From an uncultured Deferribacteres bacterium (GTDB lineage Bacteria; Zhuqueibacterota; Zhuqueibacteria; Zhuqueibacterales; Geothermadaptataceae): DNA of 16,735 bases. The notes below the pieces were generated by a model, which was not told where the DNA came from, did not search any database, and was given only the letters and a program-made list of their open reading frames with translations. How positions within the stretch are numbered: the stretch's first letter is position 1; each line of letters opens with the position of its first letter. A program made the translations under genes and the position numbers. Shown piece by piece: positions 1 through 7,383 of the stretch. The stretch spans positions 1 through 16,735 of the forward strand of contig CAXHAT010000173.1 of the NCBI GenBank assembly GCA_964014485.1. The letters run 5' to 3'.

Positions 1-55
1 TCGAAACCGGAGTTTCGAGTCCATTTCCGTTCCCAAACTGGAGTTTGGGAACGAG
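1..55. repeat. REP-like double hairpin element, truncated by the window start
   Basis: TCGAAAC-CGGA-GTTTCGA (1-18) and CGTTCCCAAAC-TGGA-GTTTGGGAACG (28-53) are both perfect stems sharing an AAAC-YGGA-GTTT core. Confidence 0.7.
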
Positions 56-218
56 TTCTTGGGCCGCTTCAAACTAAGGTTGACGCTTATGCGTGGAGGC
101 GGGGACGGAAATGACTAAAACCAGCGTCTTGAAAAGCCTTGTCAAAAATGGTGGACAATCACTTTTTAGAACAAACAATGCTTCCGATAAAAATAACGAC
201 GTTGGCGAAGGAGTCCCG

Positions 219-1013
219 ATGAATGAACAAAAAATTCGCGAAGAAATTTGCGCTGCGGGAGAAAGGCTTTATCGATTCGGCCTCGTCGTCGCGAATGACG
301 GTAACATCAGCTTTCGCCTGGACGACAACAAGATCTTGACCACCCCAACTGGCGTCTGCAAAGGAGACATGTCGCCGGAAATGCTCGTCGTTGTTGACGA
401 TTCAGGTCGTGTTTTGAGCGAAGGCAAGCCTTCCAGCGAACTGCCGCTGCATCTTTTTATTTATAACGAACGCCCAGATATTCGCTCCGTCGTTCATGCA
501 CATCCGCCGTTCGCCACCGCCTTCGCGACGGCCGGCTTGGCGCTGGATCGTTGCGTCTCCCCGGAAATTATTACCACGATTGGTTCCATTCCCATTGCCA
601 GGTATGGTACGCCGAGCACGCAAGAATTGCCGGAATCACTCCGTCCATACGTGCAGGATCATGAAGCGATCTTGTTGGCCAACCACGGCGCCGTGACAAT
701 GGGACGGGATATTTGGGAAGCCTATTTCAAAATGGAAAGGCTGGAGCATTACGCCAAAATTATCCTGCTCAGTCGCATGCTTGGCGGCGAAAAGGAATTA
801 GCCGCCCAAGAAGTTGAAAAGCTTGCCGAAATTCGCCAAAGCTACGGCGTTGAAGCCGTCGATCCCGGCTGTGAGGTCGAACCGCAGCGCTCTCCGAAAG
901 AAGATGATTGTGGTTGCGGCCATGATCATCAGCCTTCTGATTTGTCTTACGTGGAGATGGAAAAAATCGCGGAGAAAGTCTGGCTGCAACTCAAGGATGA
1001 GTGGCGGTTCTAG
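219..1013 (+). CDS. Class II aldolase/adducin family protein (L-fuculose-phosphate aldolase-like)
   Basis: Motifs ANDGNIS, TPTG, PSSE, HAHP, LLANHG. ATG at 219 follows AAGGAG (208-213), so it is preferred over the upstream GTG start at 93. C-terminal Cys/His-rich linker followed by an amphipathic helix. Confidence 0.88.
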   Translation: MNEQKIREEICAAGERLYRFGLVVANDGNISFRLDDNKILTTPTGVCKGDMSPEMLVVVDDSGRVLSEGKPSSELPLHLFIYNERPDIRSVVHAHPPFATAFATAGLALDRCVSPEIITTIGSIPIARYGTPSTQELPESLRPYVQDHEAILLANHGAVTMGRDIWEAYFKMERLEHYAKIILLSRMLGGEKELAAQEVEKLAEIRQSYGVEAVDPGCEVEPQRSPKEDDCGCGHDHQPSDLSYVEMEKIAEKVWLQLKDEWRF

Positions 1014-1200
1014 GGAAGTCCGCCATCAAAAATTGAAAACAGAAAACTTCGCGAACCTTCGCATCCCTCCACAACGTTTGAATCCCGCCAAATAGAATTA
1101 GCCGGCCTTTTAAGGTGTGACGATGTTCAAAAGAAGCAACAGCGAACGTCGCTTTTTGCACGTATAGTTCTCAAAAATATCCCCCCAAAAATGACTTGAG

Positions 1201-2295
1201 ATGAGGATTGTGACCAAAATATTGAAAATCGTCGTGCTGCTTCTGATTGCATCTTTTGCCGCCTGTGATTTTGACGAACCGAAAAGTAAGCGCAAAAAAG
1301 GACGTAAAAAATCAAAAAGAAAAGGGCTGCAGCCTGTTCTTGTGACTGAGAAGGTGGAGTATGACTCCGACGATCCAGCGATTTGGATCAATAGAGAAAA
1401 CCCTGAAAAAAGCTTGATTCTTGGGACGGATAAGCACAGAAACGGCGCATTGTTTGTGTTTGATCTGGAAGGAAATATTCTCGAAGACAAATCCGTCTAT
1501 GATCTTGGCCGCCCGAACAACGTCGATGTAGAATACGACGTTGTTTTGGATGACGGTAAATTTGATTTGGCGGTGGTGACCGAGCGAAATACGCAAAAAC
1601 TACGCGTTTTTACCCTGCCGGACATGCGCGCGGTGGACGGCGGCGGGTTGCGGCTATTTGAAGACGCCGACGGGTCCAAAGATTTCCGGCTACCCATGGG
1701 CGTGGCGCTCTATCGAAGGGCTTCTGACGAAGTTACTTTTGCCATAGTCAGCCGGAAGGCCGGGCCATCGGACGGCTATCTCTGGCAATATCGAATTTCT
1801 GGAGACGGTCATGGCCGCGTTTCTTTGCAAAAAGAACGTGCGTTTGGGAACTGGAGCGGGAAAGGAGAAATCGAAGCAATCGCGGTTGATGATCAGGCGG
1901 GCTTTGTTTATTACAGCGACGAGAGCTATGGCGTCAGGAAGTATCACGCCGATCCTGATCAGAATGATGCGAACAAAGAGTTAGCCGTTTTGGGGAGGCG
2001 AGGTTTTGAGAAGGATCGCGAAGGACTTTCGATTTATGCGCCGACGGACAGCACGGGCTATATCGTCGTTTCCGATCAACAAGCCGACAGCTTTCATATT
2101 TTTTCTCGATTCGGAACAAAAGACGATCCGCATGAGCACAAGCGTTTGAAGATCGTGCGCGTCGCGGCTGAAGAAAGCGATGGTTCCGATGTGACGCATC
2201 TTGAACTCAATCAAAATTTTCCAGGCGGTCTTTTCGTTGCCATGTCTTCAGATCGGCGCTTCCACTACTATTCATGGGAATCGCTTTGGCGGTAA
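1201..2295 (+). CDS. 3-phytase, beta-propeller type, predicted lipoprotein
   Basis: Motifs DSDDPAIW, LGTDK, NNVDV, EIEAIAVDD, DREGLSIY, VSDQ, ESDG, FPGGLFVA. N-terminal hydrophobic stretch ending in a lipobox-like FAAC. Confidence 0.88.
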   Translation: MRIVTKILKIVVLLLIASFAACDFDEPKSKRKKGRKKSKRKGLQPVLVTEKVEYDSDDPAIWINRENPEKSLILGTDKHRNGALFVFDLEGNILEDKSVYDLGRPNNVDVEYDVVLDDGKFDLAVVTERNTQKLRVFTLPDMRAVDGGGLRLFEDADGSKDFRLPMGVALYRRASDEVTFAIVSRKAGPSDGYLWQYRISGDGHGRVSLQKERAFGNWSGKGEIEAIAVDDQAGFVYYSDESYGVRKYHADPDQNDANKELAVLGRRGFEKDREGLSIYAPTDSTGYIVVSDQQADSFHIFSRFGTKDDPHEHKRLKIVRVAAEESDGSDVTHLELNQNFPGGLFVAMSSDRRFHYYSWESLWR

Positions 2296-2297
2296 AA

Positions 2298-2345
2298 TGG
2301 ATTTGCGGAATATTGGATTAATAGAGCATCTGGTTCCAGTATTCC
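2298..2345. repeat. 8-bp-period TGGA repeats plus inverted repeat between convergent genes (possible terminator)
   Basis: TGGAtttg CGGAatat TGGAttaa TAGA. GGAATATTGGA (2307-2317) pairs with TCCAGTATTCC (2335-2345). Confidence 0.4.
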
Positions 2346-2377
2346 TTAAAACAAGACGTACATATTTGCAGATCGTC

Positions 2378-2707
2378 TTACTTGGGCGGTAAAGAATGCA
2401 CGAAATCAAGCCCTCGCTGCACCCAGGATTTTAGCGCTTCGTCTTCCGTAAATCCTGCCGGGTCGACGTAAACCATACCTTTCATGGCGCGTCCCGTGAA
2501 GTCCATTTTTCGGGCATGGGGTTGCGCCAATGCGTCTTCATATTGTTCCGGGCCAACGCGAAGCATCAGCGTATCTTTGACAATGCCGCAGCACATGTGA
2601 CCGTTGAGCATAAAGCACAAGCCGCCGAACATTTTTTTCTCAATCATGCCCGGATGTTCATGCAGCGCCTCGCGCAGGCGTTCCGCCAAGCCTTCATCGT
2701 ATGCCAT
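2378..2707 (-). CDS. TfoX/Sxy family N-terminal domain protein
   Basis: MAYDEGLAER...EKKMFGGLCFMLNGHMCCG...LMLRVG...MDFTGRAMKGMVYV...W...FVHSLPPK is the typical stand-alone TfoX_N pattern. SD AGGAGA upstream. Confidence 0.85.
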   Translation of the reverse strand: MAYDEGLAERLREALHEHPGMIEKKMFGGLCFMLNGHMCCGIVKDTLMLRVGPEQYEDALAQPHARKMDFTGRAMKGMVYVDPAGFTEDEALKSWVQRGLDFVHSLPPK

Positions 2708-2709
2708 CG

Positions 2710-2757
2710 CTTTCTCCTAAATTTCCTTTCTCCTAAATTTCCTTTCTTCGAAATCAC
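2710..2757. repeat. 16-bp tandem repeat (two perfect units, one degenerate) containing the SD of the TfoX-like gene
   Basis: CTTTCTCCTAAATTTC at 2710-2725 and 2726-2741, then CTTTCTTCGAAATCAC at 2742-2757. Confidence 0.8.
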
Positions 2758-2815
2758 CAGCCTTTTTGAGATTAAGCCAATTTTGGTGAGGCGATTTCCA
2801 AAATCAAGCGCCCCC

Positions 2816-2851
2816 AAACAAAAAGGCCCGCCGGATTCATTCCAGCGGGCC
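2816..2851 (-). terminator. Rho-independent terminator of degP
   Basis: Minus strand GGCCCGCTGGA-ATGAA-TCCGGCGGGCC followed by TTTTTGTTT, about 50 nt after the degP stop. Confidence 0.8.
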
Positions 2852-2901
2852 GTTACACTTTTACCGAAGATTTATTTCGGCGATCAAACTTAAGCGCTGC
2901 A

Positions 2902-4422
2902 CTATTCGATTTCAAAAGCCCGGAAAAAGTTGTTGCCTTGGCGGCTGACATACACTAAAACCGAATCGCCTCGCTTCAAATCCGCGGTCGCATCTTCAAA
3001 TTCGTCCAAATTACGAATCTGCTTACGATTGATGGATTTGATAATATCGCCTTCGCGCAAGCCTTCGCGCCCTGCGGAACTGTTGCGATCAATTTCTGAG
3101 ATGACGACGCCGCGTTCACTTGGGTCAATATTGTAGCGCCTTGCCAGTTCGCCGGTTAGGCTCTCTATGCGAAAACCAAGCCTAATTGACCCGCGGCTTG
3201 ATCTCCGCGATTGGCTGACCTGCTCGCCGTCCGGCGGCAATTCGTCTAATTTCGCGGTTAAAGTGCGCGATCTGCCGTCACGATAAATTTGCAGCGAAAT
3301 TGTAGAGCCCGGGCGCATCAATGAAATCGTATTTCTCAATTGCGCCGTGTCGCGAACCGGTGCACCGTCCAGTTCTGTGATGACGTCCTGAACTTGTACG
3401 CCTGCGTTGTCCGCGGGGCTGCCTTCCTGAACGGATGAAACGAGAGCGCCGCGCGTCGAAGGCAATTCAAGCTGGCTGGCAATGCGTTGATCGATGTTTT
3501 GGATCGTCACGCCGATGTAGCTGCGAGTCACGCGACCATCGCGAATGAGCGCTTCCATGACATGGCGCGCCATGTTTACCGGGACTGCGAAACCGATGCC
3601 CTGAAATCCGCCGCTCTGGGAGACAATTGCGGTATTAATGCCTATGAGCTCGCCGTCGAGATTGACGAGCGCCCCGCCGGAATTGCCCGGGTTGATCGCG
3701 GCGTCGGTTTGGATAAAATCTTCATAATCCGCCAAGCCGACTTGTGAGCGACCTTTGGCGCTGATAATTCCGGAGGTGACTGTAGATGCAAGATTTTCGT
3801 CCAGCGGACTGCCGACGGCCATAACCCATTCGCCAACCCGCAGTCTGTCTGAATTGCCGAAATCCATCGGGGTCAAGCCTCGCTCATTGACTTTGATGAC
3901 GGCGATGTCGGTCTTGGGATCGGTACCGACAATCTCGGCGTCTACGCGCCTGCCGCCGACGAACATGACCTGCACCTCATCGGCGTCGCGAATAACATGC
4001 GCGTTGGTCATGATATAACCGTCGCGACTCACGACGACGCCCGAACCTTGCCCGCGAGAACGTCTCTCGCGTTGCTGATCCGGCATGCGGAAGCCAAAGA
4101 AACGGCTAAAGAAATCGTCTCTTGAACCCGTGCTGCCGGTGCTTCGGATAACTTTATCTGAAAAAATTGTGACGACGCTTGGCTGAACTTTTTCAGCAAT
4201 GTCGATGAAGGCGTTGTTTAAGTCGCGGATGATGTTTGAACGAAAGGATTGCGGTTCAGGCGTTTTTGCAGGCGCGGTTCCCGCAAACGCCGGAGACGGT
4301 GCGGGAGATGAGATATTTGCTTGCGTTTCGGGCGTCCATTCGAGCTGCGATACCGTTAAGCCGCCGATGAACATGCCGGCGATCAGCAAAAGAATAATAT
4401 GAGACGTTTTCGGCTTATTCAT
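2902..4422 (-). CDS. degP: Do/DegP (HtrA) family serine endopeptidase with two PDZ domains
   Basis: Triad motifs TNAHV, TDIAV and FIQTDAAINPGNSGG; N-terminal signal/TM segment; two PDZ-like repeats. ATG at 4422 follows AGGAGA (4438-4433). DegP versus DegQ is not resolved. Confidence 0.9.
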   Translation of the reverse strand: MNKPKTSHIILLLIAGMFIGGLTVSQLEWTPETQANISSPAPSPAFAGTAPAKTPEPQSFRSNIIRDLNNAFIDIAEKVQPSVVTIFSDKVIRSTGSTGSRDDFFSRFFGFRMPDQQRERRSRGQGSGVVVSRDGYIMTNAHVIRDADEVQVMFVGGRRVDAEIVGTDPKTDIAVIKVNERGLTPMDFGNSDRLRVGEWVMAVGSPLDENLASTVTSGIISAKGRSQVGLADYEDFIQTDAAINPGNSGGALVNLDGELIGINTAIVSQSGGFQGIGFAVPVNMARHVMEALIRDGRVTRSYIGVTIQNIDQRIASQLELPSTRGALVSSVQEGSPADNAGVQVQDVITELDGAPVRDTAQLRNTISLMRPGSTISLQIYRDGRSRTLTAKLDELPPDGEQVSQSRRSSRGSIRLGFRIESLTGELARRYNIDPSERGVVISEIDRNSSAGREGLREGDIIKSINRKQIRNLDEFEDATADLKRGDSVLVYVSRQGNNFFRAFEIE

Positions 4423-4636
4423 TATTTTATTTTCTCCTGTAACCAATGTATTTGAAGTTTGATCGAGCAGGGTTGTCTCGACCGCTCAACAAATATGACG
4501 AATGAAGCGAGCAAAAGCTTTATCGAAAAAATTGAACGACAAAATATGCGTATAACTTATCAGCGATGCAACTGCAAAAATATTGAGAGCGTGTTTGAGA
4601 AGTTTTCGTCTGGGTAGGTGCACGGCCAGATTAGTC

Positions 4637-4781
4637 ACTGATGTTACGTGCGGTAACTCACATCCTGAATCTTGGGCCAAACAACGCGTGCGTAACATCA
4701 GTTAATCATTCAATGAGCATCCTTTTTGATCTCAATCGCAGAACTTTTGGAATGCTCACAGTTGAAGTCAAAAAGGATGCT
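4637..4781. repeat. Two adjacent long inverted repeats, each spanning 66 nt
   Basis: ACTGATGTTACG (4637-4648) / CGTAACATCAGT (4691-4702); AGCATCCTTTTTGA (4716-4729) / TCAAAAAGGATGCT (4768-4781). Confidence 0.7.
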
Positions 4782-4797
4782 TGCAGAGTGACAACCA

Positions 4798-5085
4798 TTA
4801 AGCGGAAGCGGAGCTTTTTTTGAGAAGAAAGATGACGCCGAAAATGATGAGCAGATAAGGGAGCGCTTCAACGAGGAGGAGCAGAGGGGCGAGCAATACG
4901 CCAATAATTCCGAAAAACAGTCCGAGGGGAATGAGAAAGATGGCGCCGAACACAATTCCGAGAAAGCAAGCCAAAATCTTGAAGGGCAGCGCGATGGCGA
5001 AGATGGCGACGTCAAAAAGAACGGCGAAGATTTTGAAGCAAACTAAAACGGCAAAGCCGATAATAAAAAGTGCAAGCAGTTCCAT
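4798..5085 (-). CDS. Small, very hydrophobic membrane protein of unknown function (95 aa)
   Basis: ATG 6 nt after SD GGGAGA; almost entirely hydrophobic, with about 3 TM segments and a basic KK tail; co-oriented directly downstream of arsM. Confidence 0.65.
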   Translation of the reverse strand: MELLALFIIGFAVLVCFKIFAVLFDVAIFAIALPFKILACFLGIVFGAIFLIPLGLFFGIIGVLLAPLLLLVEALPYLLIIFGVIFLLKKSSASA

Positions 5086-5170
5086 AGCTAGTCTCCCGGT
5101 TCATGTAAAAAGGCGCTCAAGTCACAAACGAATCATCCTAAAATATAACGAGCCGGGAGAAATGATTGTT

Positions 5171-6220
5171 TCAGCAACAGCCGCCTGTGGCTGAACTTTC
5201 TGCGTCGTCGTCGCCGGAACAATCGAATGCGCCAAAATGGACGGAGTGGTCGCCGATAATTTCGAAGTGATCGGCAAAGCGCGTTTCTTCGAGCATGGAC
5301 GCCGTATTGCCGCAGACAAGCGCCGGCTTCCCCTTGGGAAACGTATGATGATCGTCCAGGACAAAAGCGTGAGGCGCGTGTTTGATCGTGCCTTTGTAAA
5401 AGGCGATTTGGCCGTAGTCCTCGCAAATGTCTTCCAGCGTGTCCAGTTTGAAAGCGCGGATCGTTTGTGAGTAGAAGTTGATCATCCCGGCTTTTTCTTC
5501 TAACCCCGCATTGTTGAGTTCGATTTTGCAGCTTGAGAGCACGCGGTGATCAAGACAGCCCAACTTTTGCATCAAACGGCGGAAATCTTCTGTGTACATC
5601 GCGCCGGAGAGGCACTCGCCGTAAAGCACCGGGTCTCTGCGCAGAGCGTCGGGCACACGGCGGTCGGTGAAAACGTCCGAGAAATACAACTCCCCGCCGG
5701 GTTTGAGCACACGGAAAATCTCCGAAAAGACTTTTTCCTTTTCCGGCGAAAGATTGATCACGCAATTTGAGATGACAACGTCAACTGAATTGTCTTCGAT
5801 CCCGATTCCGGCTAAATTCTCAATAAATCCTTTGCGAAAATCGACGTTTGGCTTTGAGAAGCCGAATCTTGTCGTTTGACTTTCAACGTGTCTTTCTGCG
5901 ACCGCGAGTTGATTGTCCGTCATGTCCACGCCGATCACAAAACCCTCCGGCCCGACAAGTTTGGCCGCCAGATAAACGTCTCGTCCCGTGCCGCAACCGA
6001 GGTCCAAAACTGTTTTGCCTTCAATGCCGAGCGGAATCGGCGAGCCACAGCCATAAAATTTGATAAGAACTTCATCGTCGATTTGCTTCAAGATTTCTTT
6101 TTGATAATCCGGCACGCTTTCGGTCGAACAACATGCGCTGGTTTTCAAATCGCCGTTGTTGCCCAGAGTTTCCCCGTAATAATTTTGCACTTCCCGCAAA
6201 GTGTCTTTTGACGTATCCAT
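5171..6220 (-). CDS. arsM: Arsenite S-adenosylmethionine methyltransferase, long AS3MT-like form
   Basis: SAM motif VLDLGCGTGRD. Conserved Cys at C30/31 (SACC), C58 (YGCGSP), C153 (SNCVINL) and C203 (GECLSGA) match the four AS3MT catalytic Cys positions. C-terminal GGCC; SD GAGG. Confidence 0.9.
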   Translation of the reverse strand: MDTSKDTLREVQNYYGETLGNNGDLKTSACCSTESVPDYQKEILKQIDDEVLIKFYGCGSPIPLGIEGKTVLDLGCGTGRDVYLAAKLVGPEGFVIGVDMTDNQLAVAERHVESQTTRFGFSKPNVDFRKGFIENLAGIGIEDNSVDVVISNCVINLSPEKEKVFSEIFRVLKPGGELYFSDVFTDRRVPDALRRDPVLYGECLSGAMYTEDFRRLMQKLGCLDHRVLSSCKIELNNAGLEEKAGMINFYSQTIRAFKLDTLEDICEDYGQIAFYKGTIKHAPHAFVLDDHHTFPKGKPALVCGNTASMLEETRFADHFEIIGDHSVHFGAFDCSGDDDAESSATGGCC

Positions 6221-6235
6221 TTTTTACCTCAAAAA

Positions 6236-6263
6236 TCCATCATTCCAATATTCCATGAACCCA
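6236..6263. repeat. 8-bp-period repeat in the arsS-arsM spacer
   Basis: TCCAtcat TCCAatat TCCAtgaa CCCA; shares TCCAATATTCC with the element at 2307-2345. Confidence 0.5.
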
Positions 6264-6267
6264 CTTC

Positions 6268-7299
6268 TTAAGCCGTTTCGCCGCCGCAACTGCTGCCCGC
6301 GCCCGCCGTGCAGCCAAAGCAGTGAGAAGCAAAACGAATCCGACGATCGACAAGCTTTTTGTAGTCAAAATCAAAAATCGTCGCAGGCTCATTGCCGCCG
6401 TTTTTCACTTCCATTTCCAGCATTTGATTAAAATCACAATCATAAATTTTGCCGTCATGACTGACGCTGACCAATGACCGACACATGATGCTCTGCGCGG
6501 CGGCGGGGTTGAAGGCGCTGGTTAATTTGCCCATATAATCGTCATAGGCGCCGCGACGAATCAGCGAATTTTTGAAGCGGTGAATCGGCATGTTTGTGAT
6601 GGCGTAGAGCTGGTTAAACACAATGCCGAACTGATCGAAAAGCTCGCGTTTGTAATCCGCCTCCAGACTTTCCTGCGAGGCAGGTAAAAACGCGCCGACG
6701 GGATTGTAAACCAGGTTGAGCTGCAAGCCCGTGTCCTTTTGGCCGAATCCTTTTTCGTTCAACAATTTCAGGCTGTCAATGCTCTTCTGAAAAACGCCTT
6801 TGCCGCGCTGTTTGTCGGTGAAATATTCCTGATAGTAGGGAAGGGAAGAGACCACTTCGACGCGCTGTTCGCGGAAGAAATCAGGCAGGTAATCTTTGCT
6901 TTCGCCCGTCTGCGGATTGCCGTCGAACGTCACAGTCAGGTTGTGCCGAACCATGACATGTTTCCCCATTTTCCGCGCTTCAACCACGGCATAGTCAAAG
7001 TGCGGATTCAGCTCCGGGGCTCCGCCGGTTATGTCGAAATTTTTAATCTCATCATGGTTCGCCAGGATTTCGAGCACTCTATCGACGGCTTCTCGGCTCA
7101 TCTGCTCTTTTCGTCTGGGAGAAGAGTCGACGTGGCAATGCTTGCAGGTTTGGTTGCACAGCTTGGTGATATTGATTTGAAGCGTTTCAATCGAAGTCGG
7201 CGAAACGTCGAGCCCAAAGACGTCGACCTTGTCCTGGAAATTATACAGCAAGTCTTCCTTTGTTTGCTGCGGACTGTTGAGAACAGGTAATTCAACCAT
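6268..7299 (-). CDS. arsS: Arsenosugar biosynthesis radical SAM protein ArsS, Cys-containing form
   Basis: CxxxCxxC (CNQTCKHC), DITGGAPELNP, SLPYY...DKQRG, LVYNP, MCRSLVSV, YDCDFNQML and C-terminal HCFGCTAGAGSSCGG; adjacent to arsM. Confidence 0.9.
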   Translation of the reverse strand: MVELPVLNSPQQTKEDLLYNFQDKVDVFGLDVSPTSIETLQINITKLCNQTCKHCHVDSSPRRKEQMSREAVDRVLEILANHDEIKNFDITGGAPELNPHFDYAVVEARKMGKHVMVRHNLTVTFDGNPQTGESKDYLPDFFREQRVEVVSSLPYYQEYFTDKQRGKGVFQKSIDSLKLLNEKGFGQKDTGLQLNLVYNPVGAFLPASQESLEADYKRELFDQFGIVFNQLYAITNMPIHRFKNSLIRRGAYDDYMGKLTSAFNPAAAQSIMCRSLVSVSHDGKIYDCDFNQMLEMEVKNGGNEPATIFDFDYKKLVDRRIRFASHCFGCTAGAGSSCGGETA

Positions 7300-7383
7300 A
7301 AAAAACTCATGTTTTTGTCATTCTCGCCTGCGCGTGAATGGCGTGAAAGGGGCTGTGTTTTGGGGGCGAGTCGTGCAAGGTGT

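Noticed and set aside
93..218. Longer ORF-track starts (aldolase 93, degP 4446, AhpD-like 7824, argH 9225, peptidase 15015)
   Set aside because: Downstream ATGs have clear SD sequences or avoid overlaps, and match expected family N-termini.
2378..2707. Competence regulator function for the TfoX-like gene
   Set aside because: Only the stand-alone N-terminal domain is present, with no competence genes nearby.
4629..4782. Integron attC sites
   Set aside because: The ends do not fit RYYYAAC...GTTRRRY, there is no integrase, and the neighbours are not cassette-like.
5171..5173. Selenocysteine read-through at the arsM TGA (GGCC-TGA)
   Set aside because: A terminal CC is normal for ArsM, read-through adds only about 11 unremarkable residues, and I see no convincing SECIS. 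Not formally excluded without a bSECIS search.
6268..6300. Selenoprotein form of ArsS
   Set aside because: The C-terminal SSCGG Cys is encoded by TGC and the gene ends in TAA.
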